From Halodesulfurarchaeum sp. (GTDB taxonomy: Archaea > Halobacteriota > Halobacteria > Halobacteriales > Halobacteriaceae), in NCBI GenBank assembly GCA_034520565.1, contig JAXHNL010000002.1, forward strand, positions 640,001 to 704,000: 64,000 bases of DNA, in the 5' to 3' direction. Below are positions 19,987-29,177 of this stretch, in pieces (the first letter of the stretch is position 1; each line of letters begins with the position of its first letter). The translations under genes were made by a program, and so were the position numbers. The notes below the pieces were generated by a model that was given only the letters and a program-made list of their open reading frames with translations, was not told the origin of the DNA and ran no database searches.

Positions 19987-20735
19987 GTGCCAAGCCGCTC
20001 GCTCAGTCCACCCAACTGATCGAGCGGGCCGTCACGCTCCTCGATGTCGATCGACACGTCGAGCAGGGTGGCCGTCGCCGCTCCCACCGCCCGGGTAAAT
20101 GAACCGTCGGCGGAAAGCGTCGCCGGCCGGTGAGCCGGGGCATTCCCGGGCCGCTCCGGAAGGTGGGCGGTCGCGTCCGGCGGCGGGTCCCCCGGGCCGA
20201 CGGTGAGCACCGCGTCGAAGGACCCACCGACGTCCGCCAATCGTCCCCGCTCCCGCTGGAGCGCGTCCACGCCCCGGTCGCTCGGTGGAAGGACCGCGAT
20301 CACCTGATCCGCCGACGTGACGGCCCCGATCGCCTGGTTCGACACGACCGGGGGCACGTCCACGAGCACCCAGTCGGCCCGTTCGGCGGCTTCCTCGAGC
20401 CGTTCTCCGACCCGGGCGCCGGCCGCTTCGGACTTCGCCGCGGCGATTTCGACGAACGGGGCCAGCGACGGGACCACCTCGAAACGTCCGTCTCCCTCGA
20501 CAGCCCATTCACGGACCGCATCCCGGAGTGTCTCGTCAGGATCGGCCACCAGCCCGGTCGAGTCGACGGCGATTGTGCCGTCGACGTGCTGGGCGAGGCC
20601 CTGGGTGGCAAAATCGAGATCGAAGACGAGGACGCGTTCCCCGTTTCGAGCGAGCACGCCACCGATATCGAGGATCGATTGGGTGGTTCCACAGCCCCCG
20701 ACCGTGCCGACGAATCCGACACTCGTTCCTGCCAT
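19983..20735 (-). CDS. Degenerate ParA/MinD family protein
   Basis: GTVGGCGTT P-loop (both lysines lost), DLDFATQG, VLVDVPP. Confidence 0.8.
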   Translation of the reverse strand: MAGTSVGFVGTVGGCGTTQSILDIGGVLARNGERVLVFDLDFATQGLAQHVDGTIAVDSTGLVADPDETLRDAVREWAVEGDGRFEVVPSLAPFVEIAAAKSEAAGARVGERLEEAAERADWVLVDVPPVVSNQAIGAVTSADQVIAVLPPSDRGVDALQRERGRLADVGGSFDAVLTVGPGDPPPDATAHLPERPGNAPAHRPATLSADGSFTRAVGAATATLLDVSIDIEERDGPLDQLGGLSERLGT

Positions 20736-20777
20736 CACTCGCCGATAGCGGCGGGGTCGGAAAAACCTCGCTTTTCG

Positions 20778-21203
20778 TTAGAGCCGGTCGGCGATCGCGT
20801 CGGCAATCGTCTGTGGATCGTCAGCTTCCGCTTCGGACTGCCGGGGCAACACGGCGTGAATTGGCCCGCCGCCGTCGCCACGCGAGCGGGGGATGATGTG
20901 CCCGTGGACGTGCGGGACTTCCTGCCCGGCCGCGCGGCCGTCGTTGAACCCGATCGTCGTGGCGTCGGCGTCGACGGCCGCTTCGACGGCTGGAGCAAGT
21001 TGCCACAGTAGGTCCATGACCGCCTCGGCGGTTTCCCTGTCGAGATCACCGAGTCGCTCGGCGTGCGTGCGTGGAATCACGAGGGTGTGGCCCGGAGCGA
21101 GTGGTCTCGCGTCGAGGAACGCCATCGCCCGCTCCGTCTCGACGATCGTCGCTGCTGGGGCCTCCCCGGCGGCAATCTGACAGAAGATGCAGTCAGCTGG
21201 CAT
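20778..21203 (-). CDS. HIT family hydrolase
   Basis: CIFC, GHTLVIP, HVHGHII triad. Confidence 0.95.
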   Translation of the reverse strand: MPADCIFCQIAAGEAPAATIVETERAMAFLDARPLAPGHTLVIPRTHAERLGDLDRETAEAVMDLLWQLAPAVEAAVDADATTIGFNDGRAAGQEVPHVHGHIIPRSRGDGGGPIHAVLPRQSEAEADDPQTIADAIADRL

Positions 21204-21299
21204 GGGCAGGGTTTCGAGCGGTGACACTTCAACGTTGGCGGGGCCCACCCGGGCGAGCGGACCGATTATCATTTCACCCGGGAGCGTTAGGCTCTCCGT

Positions 21300-24200
21300 A
21301 TGACACACTTCGCCGGGGAAGTCCCCGACCAGTACGACCCGCACGCGGTCGAGGAGCGGGTCTTCGCGTACTGGGAGGATACCGACGCCTACGAGGCCAC
21401 GAAGGAACACCGAGCCGAGGGGGAGGATTTCTTCTTCGTGGACGGGCCGCCGTACACCTCCGGCGCGGCCCACATGGGGACGACCTGGAACAAGACGCTG
21501 AAGGACGCCCACATCCGCTTCCGCCGGATGCAGGGCTACGACGTGACCGACCGGCCGGGCTACGACATGCACGGCCTGCCGATCGAGACGAAGGTCGAGG
21601 AGAAGCTGGGCTTCGAGAACAAGCAGGACATCGAGGAGTTCGGCGAGCAGCGGTTCATCGAGGAGTGCAAGGCCTTCGCCGAGGAACAACTCGAGGGCCT
21701 CCAAACCGATTTCCAGTCCTTCGGGGTCTGGATGGACTGGGAGAACCCCTACAAGACGGTCGATCCCGAGTACATGGAGGCGGCGTGGTGGGCCTTCGAG
21801 CAGGCACACGAACGGGGTCTCGTCGAGCAGGGCAAGCGGTCGATCAACCAGTGTCCACGGTGCCAGACCGCGATCGCGAACAACGAGGTCGAGTACGAGG
21901 AGGTCACCGACCCCTCGATCTACGTGAAGTTCCCGCTCGCCGACCGCGAGGGATCGCTCGTGATCTGGACGACGACGCCCTGGACCATTCCGGCGAACAC
22001 CTTCGTCGCCGTCGACGACGAGCTGACCTATGCGGCCGTCGAGGCCACAAAGGACGGCGAAAGTGAGGTCCTCTACGTCGAGGAGAGCCTCGTGGAGTCG
22101 GTCCTCGAGGCGGGTCGGTACACCGACTACGAGGTCCGCGAGACGTACGCCGGCGAGGAACTCGTCGGCTGGGAGTACGACCACCCGCTCCGCGAGGAAG
22201 TCCCCGAGGCCCCAGATTTCGAGGGTGCGGGAGAAGTCTACACCGCGGACTACGTCGAGGCCGAGGAGACGGGGCTGGTACACTCCGCGCCGGGGCACGG
22301 GGAGGTCGACTTCGAGCGCGGGCAGGAACTCGGGCTCGATGTCTTCTGTCCCGTCGGCGAGGACGGCGTTTTCGACGAGCGGGCGGGGAAATACGCCGGC
22401 GAATACGTCAAGGACGCCGACGAGCGGATCATCGCGGACCTGGAGGAAAACGGTGCCCTGCTCGCCCGGGAGACCGAACACCACTCATACGGGCACTGCT
22501 GGCGGTGTGACACGCCGATCATCCAGATCGTCACCGACCAGTGGTACATCACGATCACCGACGTCAAAGAGGACCTCCTCGACAACATCGAGGCGACCGA
22601 GTGGCACCCCCAGTGGGCACGCGACAACCGCTTCCGGGACTTCGTCGAGGAGGCCCCGGACTGGAACGTCTCCCGCCAGCGCTACTGGGGGATCCCGATC
22701 CCGATCTGGATTCCCGAGGACTGGTCCGGCGACATGGACGACGCCATCGTCGTCGGGACCCGCGAGACGCTGGCCGAGCGAGTCGACCAGGACGTCGACC
22801 CCGAGCAGGTCGACCTTCACAAGGGCACGGTCGACGACCTGACCATCACCGAGGACGGTCGGACATACCGTCGCGTTCCGGACGTCTTCGACGTGTGGCT
22901 CGACTCCTCGGTGGCCTCCTGGGGGACGCTGGGCTACCCGAGCAACACGGAACAGTTCGAGGAGCTGTGGCCGGCGGACCTCATCATGGAGGCCCACGAC
23001 CAGACCCGTGGCTGGTTCTGGTCCCAGCTCGGGATGGGGACGGCCGCGCTCGACCGGGTCCCCTACGAGGAGGTGTTGATGCACGGCTATGCCCTGATGC
23101 CGGACGGTCGCGGGATGTCGAAGTCGAAGAACATCACCGTCGAGCCCGGCGAGGTCATGGCGGAACACGGTGCCGACCCGATGCGCCTGTTCCTCCTCTC
23201 GGTGACGCCACAGGGCGAGGACATGCGCTTTTCCTGGGAGGCGACCGAGACGATGCAGCGGGACCTCAACATCCTCTGGAACGCCTTCCGCTTCCCGCTT
23301 CCCTACATGGAGATGGACGGCATCGACCCGCTCGCGCTCGACGTGCGCGAGGAACCACTCGAGCGGATCGATCGCTGGCTGCTCTCCCGTCTCCAGGGGG
23401 TCGAGGAAACGGCGGCCGAGGGTTGGGCGGACTTCGAACAACACCGGGCTCTCGAGGCGATCCTCGACTTCGTCGTCGAGGACGTCTCGCGGTACTACAT
23501 CCAGGTCGTCCGCGAGCGGATGTGGGACCCCGAGGAGAGCGGCTCGAAGCGAGCCGCGTACGCGACGTTGACCCAGGTGCTCCAGGAGGTCATCGCCCTG
23601 CTTTCCCCGTATGCCCCGTTCATCACGGAGGAACTCTACCAGCGGTTGACCGGCGAGGCTGGGCTCACGTCGGTCCACATGCTCGACTGGCCGGACCCGG
23701 ACGGTGACCTGCGGGACGAATCACTCGAATCGGCCATCGCCCACGTCCGTGCCATCGAGGAGGCCGGCTCACGGGCCCGCCAGGACGCGGGTCGAAAGCT
23801 CCGCTGGCCGGTCACCCGGGTCGTCGTCGACGCCGACGAGGCGGGGGTCGTCGAGACGCTTTCCGAACACGACGATTTGCTCGCCGAGCGGCTCAACGCC
23901 CGTAGCGTCGAGGTCGTCGGGCCGGGTGCTGACTGGGACGAACTCGCCTATACGGCGACCGCGGACATGAGCGAGTTGGGCCCCGAATTCGGGGAGCAGG
24001 CCCAGGCGGTGATGGAGGCGCTGAACGTGGCTCGCGTCGACGAACCCGACCTCGCTGCACTCGAGGCCGCGGTGAGCGCGGAACTCGGCGAGTCAGTCTC
24101 GCTCGCCGAGTCGATGGTCTCCTTCGAGGAAGTCCCGCCGGAATCGGTGGCTGGCACGGACTTCGACGGCGGGCGGGTCTACGTCGACGCCACCCTCACC

Positions 24201-24467
24201 CGGGAGGTCGAGAGCGAGGGCTACGCCCGGGAGATCATCCGGCGCGCCCAGGAGATGCGGAAGGACCTCGACCTGGAGATGGACCTGGAAATCCGCCTCG
24301 AGATCGTCGTCTACGACGAGCGAGTCGGGAAACTGGTCGCCGAGCACGAGGCCCTGATCGCCGAGGAGGTCCGGGCGAGCGAACTCGGCGACGTCGAGGA
24401 CGGATACCGGGAGACCTGGGAGGTCGAGGGGACCCGGGTGGAACTCGCCATCGACCCGGTCGAGTAA
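21300..24467 (+). CDS. ileS: Isoleucine--tRNA ligase
   Basis: DGPPY, HMGT, WTTTPWT, SRQRYWG, GMSKS. Confidence 0.98.
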   Translation: MTHFAGEVPDQYDPHAVEERVFAYWEDTDAYEATKEHRAEGEDFFFVDGPPYTSGAAHMGTTWNKTLKDAHIRFRRMQGYDVTDRPGYDMHGLPIETKVEEKLGFENKQDIEEFGEQRFIEECKAFAEEQLEGLQTDFQSFGVWMDWENPYKTVDPEYMEAAWWAFEQAHERGLVEQGKRSINQCPRCQTAIANNEVEYEEVTDPSIYVKFPLADREGSLVIWTTTPWTIPANTFVAVDDELTYAAVEATKDGESEVLYVEESLVESVLEAGRYTDYEVRETYAGEELVGWEYDHPLREEVPEAPDFEGAGEVYTADYVEAEETGLVHSAPGHGEVDFERGQELGLDVFCPVGEDGVFDERAGKYAGEYVKDADERIIADLEENGALLARETEHHSYGHCWRCDTPIIQIVTDQWYITITDVKEDLLDNIEATEWHPQWARDNRFRDFVEEAPDWNVSRQRYWGIPIPIWIPEDWSGDMDDAIVVGTRETLAERVDQDVDPEQVDLHKGTVDDLTITEDGRTYRRVPDVFDVWLDSSVASWGTLGYPSNTEQFEELWPADLIMEAHDQTRGWFWSQLGMGTAALDRVPYEEVLMHGYALMPDGRGMSKSKNITVEPGEVMAEHGADPMRLFLLSVTPQGEDMRFSWEATETMQRDLNILWNAFRFPLPYMEMDGIDPLALDVREEPLERIDRWLLSRLQGVEETAAEGWADFEQHRALEAILDFVVEDVSRYYIQVVRERMWDPEESGSKRAAYATLTQVLQEVIALLSPYAPFITEELYQRLTGEAGLTSVHMLDWPDPDGDLRDESLESAIAHVRAIEEAGSRARQDAGRKLRWPVTRVVVDADEAGVVETLSEHDDLLAERLNARSVEVVGPGADWDELAYTATADMSELGPEFGEQAQAVMEALNVARVDEPDLAALEAAVSAELGESVSLAESMVSFEEVPPESVAGTDFDGGRVYVDATLTREVESEGYAREIIRRAQEMRKDLDLEMDLEIRLEIVVYDERVGKLVAEHEALIAEEVRASELGDVEDGYRETWEVEGTRVELAIDPVE

Positions 24468-24516
24468 CCGTCTCCCGCTCGAGTCGTCCGCGACCCGGTC
24501 GACCCAAAAGCGCCGC

Positions 24517-25368
24517 TCAGTCCCGGAGCGCGTCGGCCACGACCGGTGCGACGCTGACCGCCGAGACCGACCGTTCGATCGTATCTGTACCATACACCTT
24601 CTCGCTCCCGGCGTTCGCGAGCTTCGAGAGCGCGCTGTCGGCAAGCAGCGGATGAACGGTTCCGACGAATACCCGCGCCGGCTCCTCCCCGAGGGCCGCG
24701 ATTGCCCCGCTCATCGTGCCGCCGGTGGCGATGATGTCGTCCACCACGACGAGGTCACGGCCGGCGACGTCGAGATTCGCCGGCTGGATTTCGACGGCTC
24801 CCGTCTCGCGATCCCGGTGCTTCTCGAAGGCGTCGGTCTCCCCGGTTCCGTATGCCGTCTTGACCCGCTCGGCGAGGTCGATGGCCCCGTGATCGGGGGC
24901 GAGAAAGACCGGGTCGGCGAGGTCCGGTGGGAGCGGTTCGGCCAGCCGCCCGGCGGCGTCGACGACGGTCGTCGGGACCGTGAAGAAGTCCGTGACGGCG
25001 GCTTCGTGGGGCGAGACGACCAGTACCCGGTCGGTCCCGGTGCTGATCGCCCGGGCCATCGCCCGCGCGGAGACCGGCTGGCCCGGCTCGAAGGCCTCGT
25101 CCTGTCTGGCATAGCCCATGTACGGGATGACGGTCACGACCTCGCTCGCGCCGGCCTCGCGGACGGCGTCCTGGAGCTGGAGCAACTGGACGTGGGCGTC
25201 ACTCGAACCGGTTGCAGCGACGACGATGGCTCGTCCGTCCTGGGGCGGCACTTTCACGAGCAACTCGCCGTCCGCGAAGTGTCGGTACTCGACTTCGGCC
25301 AGGGACTCGTCGAGTTCGGCGGCGAGTTCGGCGGCCACTGCCTGGGAGGCCGTTCCGGGAACGATCAT
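24517..25368 (-). CDS. prs: Ribose-phosphate diphosphokinase
   Basis: FADGE, PYMGYARQD, APDHGA, VDDIIATGGT. Confidence 0.96.
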   Translation of the reverse strand: MIVPGTASQAVAAELAAELDESLAEVEYRHFADGELLVKVPPQDGRAIVVAATGSSDAHVQLLQLQDAVREAGASEVVTVIPYMGYARQDEAFEPGQPVSARAMARAISTGTDRVLVVSPHEAAVTDFFTVPTTVVDAAGRLAEPLPPDLADPVFLAPDHGAIDLAERVKTAYGTGETDAFEKHRDRETGAVEIQPANLDVAGRDLVVVDDIIATGGTMSGAIAALGEEPARVFVGTVHPLLADSALSKLANAGSEKVYGTDTIERSVSAVSVAPVVADALRD

Positions 25369-25527
25369 GTCGAATCGATCGTGGGGGGCTGGCTTACGCG
25401 TTGTGATGCCCCGAACGCCAAAGCGCTCGATCGACCGGAATCGAGGCGGGGGCGGCGGTTTCAACCGCCGACATTCCCGGGCGGGGTTTCACAATGTCTT
25501 TGGTCGCTCCGATCCACCACTCCGATA

Positions 25528-26895
25528 ATGCAGGTATTCGGCTCCAGCGGCACTCGGGGGCGGGTCACCGATGAACTGACGCCCGACTTCGCACTGCGGG
25601 TGGCCGCCGCAGCCGGAACCGTCTGGGGGGCCGATCGGGTCGCGCTCGGTCGAGACACGCGGGTGACCGGGCCGATGCTCGCCAACGCCGCGGCGAGCGG
25701 ACTCGCGAGCGTGGGGGCGGACGTCGACCGACTGGGAATCGTTCCGACCCCAGCCCTCCAAACGTACGTCGCCCGGCAGGGGGTTCCTGGAGTCATGGTC
25801 ACCGCATCGCACAACCCTCCGGAGTACAACGGCATCAAGCTGGTCGGCGCGGACGGCGTCGAACTGAGCGTGGAACGGCTCGAGGCGATCGAATCGGCGC
25901 TCCTCGACGACGATCCAGCCCACGCGTCGTGGGATCGAACCGGCGCGGACCGGATCGTCGAGAGTGCCCGGCGGACTTACCGCGAGGAACTGCTCGAGGT
26001 CGTCGACCGGGAGACGATCACCGCGGCCGATCTCACTGTCGCCCTGGATCCCGGCCATGGCGCCGGCGCCCTCACGAGTCCGGACTTCTTCCGGGAACTG
26101 GGGTGTTCGGTTCGGACGGTCAACGCCCATCCAGACGGCCACTTCCCGGGTCGGAATCCGGAGCCGATCGAGTCGAACCTGACCGATCTGGGCCACCTCG
26201 TCCGGGCCACGGACGCCGACGTCGGGATCGCTCACGACGGGGACGCCGATCGGGCGATCTTCTTCGACGAGACTGGCTCGTACATCGAGGGCGACGCCAC
26301 CCTGGCTGCCCTCGCGGATGCGAACCTGGAACCGGGAGACACCACCGTCTCGGCGGTCAACGTCTCCCAGCGGCTGGTCGACGTCGCCGAGTCGACGGGA
26401 GCCGAACTCGAGTTGACGCCGATCGGGAGCACGCGGATCATGACACACATCCGGGAACTGGAGCGGGCCGGCGAGCGGGTGCCGGTCGCCGGTGAGGGCA
26501 ACGGTGGCGTCATTTTCCCCGACTATCGCATCAACCGGGACGGGGCCTACACCGCCGCACGATTCCTCGAACTCCTCGCCGACCGGTCCGCGAGCGAGGT
26601 CGTTGCCCCATATGATGGCTACGCGAACGTCCGGCGGAACGTCCACTACGCGGACGAGGGCGAACGGGCGACACTCGTGGAGGCGGCCGGCGAATGGGCC
26701 CGCGGGGCAGATGGCGAGGTGACGACGATCGACGGCTATCGCGTCGATTTCGGCGACGCCTGGGTGCTGGCCCGTCCCAGCGGTACCGAACCGGTCGTCC
26801 GGGTCTACGCGGAGGCACGGGAACAGGCCCGCGCCGAAACGCTTGCCGACCGGCTCGTCTCGGCCCTCGAAGACGCCGCCGCGGCCGGTGGGTAA
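25528..26895 (+). CDS. glmM: Phosphoglucosamine mutase / phosphohexomutase
   Basis: FGSSGTRG, TASHNP, DGDADR, GEGNGG, RPSGTEP. Confidence 0.88.
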   Translation: MQVFGSSGTRGRVTDELTPDFALRVAAAAGTVWGADRVALGRDTRVTGPMLANAAASGLASVGADVDRLGIVPTPALQTYVARQGVPGVMVTASHNPPEYNGIKLVGADGVELSVERLEAIESALLDDDPAHASWDRTGADRIVESARRTYREELLEVVDRETITAADLTVALDPGHGAGALTSPDFFRELGCSVRTVNAHPDGHFPGRNPEPIESNLTDLGHLVRATDADVGIAHDGDADRAIFFDETGSYIEGDATLAALADANLEPGDTTVSAVNVSQRLVDVAESTGAELELTPIGSTRIMTHIRELERAGERVPVAGEGNGGVIFPDYRINRDGAYTAARFLELLADRSASEVVAPYDGYANVRRNVHYADEGERATLVEAAGEWARGADGEVTTIDGYRVDFGDAWVLARPSGTEPVVRVYAEAREQARAETLADRLVSALEDAAAAGG

Positions 26896-26961
26896 AAGGT
26901 CACGCGCCTCGAACGTCGAGTCAGTTCCCATCGATCGGCCCGGCCCGATCCCGTGATCCCA

Positions 26962-27402
26962 ATGAGCCACGAATCCGAGAAGACCTACAGCGAGAGCGTG
27001 GAGATGTATCTCAAGGAGATCTACCTGCTGTCCCGCGACGGCGACCCGGCGGCGACGGGGGCGATTGCCGACCGGCTCGGCGTCTCGCCGCCGAGCGTGA
27101 CCGACCGGCTCAACCATCTCGTGGAACTGGATCTGGTGACCTACGAGAAACACCGAGGGGCGTCGCTTACCGAACGGGGCGAGGAAGAGGCGATTGCCCT
27201 CCTGCGCAAGCACTGTCGGATCGAGCGCTTTCTCGTCCAGGAACTCGACGTGACGGAGGGCTTCCACGAGGAGGCTTGCCGGCTCGAACACGCCACGACG
27301 GACGAAGTCGCCGCCCGGCTGGATCGCTTTGTCTCCCTCCCCGAGGAGTGTCCGGACTGCTACGATCCCGAGGCCCAGCACTGCAGTCGCCTGACACCCT
27401 GA
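26962..27402 (+). CDS. DtxR/MntR-family metal-dependent regulator (no FeoA domain)
   Basis: EMYLKEIY, VSPPSVT, RKHCRIERFL, EACRLEH, C-terminal CPDC...HC. Confidence 0.92.
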   Translation: MSHESEKTYSESVEMYLKEIYLLSRDGDPAATGAIADRLGVSPPSVTDRLNHLVELDLVTYEKHRGASLTERGEEEAIALLRKHCRIERFLVQELDVTEGFHEEACRLEHATTDEVAARLDRFVSLPEECPDCYDPEAQHCSRLTP

Positions 27403-27441
27403 GATGCCAAGGTCTATCACGATCCGTCCCGTCCCACGACT

Positions 27442-27642
27442 ATGACTCCATGGCTTCCGTCTCGCGGCGTGTCGATCGTTCTCTTGGGTCTGCTGGCCCT
27501 CGTGCTGGTGTCGATGAGCGGGTTCGGCCCGGCCTTCGAGAACGTCATTTACACCGGGTACGGCCTCGCCATTCCGTTCATGTTCGGCCTGTTCGTGCTC
27601 GCCGGGATCTACTTCGGCACCAAGCATCTCCTCTTTTCCTGA
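27442..27642 (+). CDS. Small two-TM membrane protein
   Basis: 66 aa, two hydrophobic segments. Confidence 0.6.
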   Translation: MTPWLPSRGVSIVLLGLLALVLVSMSGFGPAFENVIYTGYGLAIPFMFGLFVLAGIYFGTKHLLFS

Positions 27643-27681
27643 ACCCAGAAGACCCAAGCGGGTGGCCCGCGATGGCCCGGT

Positions 27682-27885
27682 ATGGACTGGGACGCGATCA
27701 AGGAACTCCTGCCCCACTACCTGGCGCTGATCATCATCCTCACCGTCATGCTGACTGCCATGCAACTGTTCTGGCCCGGTGGCGAGCCGAGCATCTGGGT
27801 TCAGATCGGCGTGGCGGTCGTTCTGGGACTGGCCTATCCCACCGCCGTGAGGTATCTGGGATTTGCCCCCGCCGCCTGGCAATAA
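27682..27885 (+). CDS. Small two-TM membrane protein
   Basis: 67 aa, PHY...YP...R-x-LG-x-AP-x-x-W pattern seen in haloarchaeal small proteins. Confidence 0.7.
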   Translation: MDWDAIKELLPHYLALIIILTVMLTAMQLFWPGGEPSIWVQIGVAVVLGLAYPTAVRYLGFAPAAWQ

Positions 27886-28144
27886 AGCCCGTCTGGACCG
27901 GATGCGTGCGCTTCAGTTTTCCGGACCTGGAGTTGATACCGACTTCTCACGCTAGTGCAGGGGTAATATATACCACTACCACTTACCAGAAATCTTACAA
28001 TGAGTAAATCGGCCGTCGTCGGGCGATTGTAGGACGTTATCAAGGGGCAAACAACCCTCAACCTTAAATACGCTGATCGCCTAACTTGAGTTAAGCGTCG
28101 GGTAGCTCACCGATTCAGGTGTCCGGCCCGAGCGTACAACAATC

Positions 28145-28538
28145 ATGCTGAACACAATACACAACAAAGTGGACGACCGTGGTGTGTCACCGGTAATCGG
28201 CGTCATCCTGATGGTGGCGATTACGGTGATCCTCGCGGCAGTCATCGGCAGTTTCGTGCTGGGAATCGGTGGGGATGTGGAAGCGACGCCCACAGCGAGT
28301 CTCTCGATTGGAGAATGAAAGTGGATTATTAACAATCGCACATGAAGGGGGCGACACGCTTGATGGCAGTGAAATACTAATCTCTAACGGGACGGCGAAT
28401 GACACTTTCTCTGGTAATCTCGCCCCTGGTGAAGAGGTAACTGATGTGGGACCTGATGACAAGTTTGTTCAAAGTGGAGTTACTATTAGAGTGGTTCACG
28501 AGCCTTCTGGCGGGATAATTGCCAGGGCAGATTTCTAA
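28145..28538 (+). pseudogene. Frameshifted archaeal type IV pilin (PilA/DUF1628-like)
   Basis: Class III signal DDRG|[22 protein letters not shown]; stop at 28316-28318; continues in the +1 frame as [14 protein letters not shown]...IRVVHEPSG. Confidence 0.85.
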
Positions 28539-28624
28539 AATCAAACTTCCGTTTTTAGAGTTTTTGTCGCATCCGCGAGTGGAGCGAGACTGTTCACTCG
28601 GTGCAAACGGAGTGGGCGCCGAAG

Positions 28625-28752
28625 TTTTTTTTTGGTGCAGATTTTTCGAGTCGCGAGGGATCGAAGATCCCTTGGACCGCACGAACGGCGGCGCAGCCGC
28701 CGTGAGTGGAGAGTGGTTCGCCGAAGGCGAACCCGACGAAGAAAAGGTGCAG
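28625..28752. repeat. Multi-hairpin palindromic element (MITE/REP-like)
   Basis: Outer TGCAGATTTTTC...GAAAAGGTGCA arms enclosing GGGATC-GAA-GATCCC, CGGCGGC-GCA-GCCGCCG and GGTTCGCC-GAA-GGCGAACC. Confidence 0.7.
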
Positions 28753-28822
28753 TGGGACCACGGAGAGACGACTTCGTCGCCTCTCCAGCTCCCGCTTTTT
28801 TCTCCCTTCGGTCGTCAAAAGC

Positions 28823-28969
28823 GGGACCGCCCGGATTGTGAACCAACGCAAACCTCCCTCGCTCCGCTCGCTCGGTTTGCTGGGCTCAAATCCGGGGATT
28901 CTCCCACTACAACCGCGAATCCAACGCTTCGGACACGCTCTGCGGTCCTCGCGTGTGGATGTGTGAGAA
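28823..28969. repeat. tRNA-Pro 3'-end-derived fold-back element
   Basis: GGGACCGCCCGGATT copy of tRNA 3' end, inner GCAAACC/GGTTTGC stem, inverted T-arm TCAAATCCGGG, then a second hairpin abutting the tRNA. Confidence 0.7.
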
Positions 28970-28970
28970 G

Positions 28971-29043
28971 TGGGACCGCCCGGATTTGAACCGGGGTCAC
29001 GAGCACCCAAAGCTCGAAGGATACCAAGCTACCCTACGGTCCC
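28971..29043 (-). tRNA. tRNA-Pro (UGG)
   Basis: GGGACCG acceptor, CGAGC-TTTGGGT-GCTCG anticodon arm, GGTTCAAATCC T-arm; CCA not encoded. Confidence 0.96.
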
Positions 29044-29177
29044 TTATCCGGAATACTGCCGGTGGCCCAATGAGGGTTTCGTTCCCTGTCGGTCCTCACC
29101 GGCCAAATCGGATGAATCCGGCCGAACCCGGCCGAACGGTCAGAAGACCCTTTTCCCTCCCACCCCTCGCATCGTTC

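Noticed and set aside
21300-24467. IleRS HMGT and GMSKS deviations from HIGH/KMSKS
   Set aside because: To my knowledge ordinary variation in haloarchaeal IleRS; no other anomaly.
25489-27882. Long antisense ORFs (also 44559-47192, 29741-31591, 34689-36737, 42204-44099, 57681-59309)
   Set aside because: Typical high-GC shadows opposite well-supported genes.
28541-29027. Several ORFs over the tRNA-Pro repeat region (also 33006-33731)
   Set aside because: Non-acidic, Arg/Ser-rich translations of palindromic non-coding DNA and tRNA.
27900-29043. Integrated provirus or genomic island at tRNA-Pro
   Set aside because: No integrase or viral genes, and the tRNA-end copies do not flank the pilin gene.
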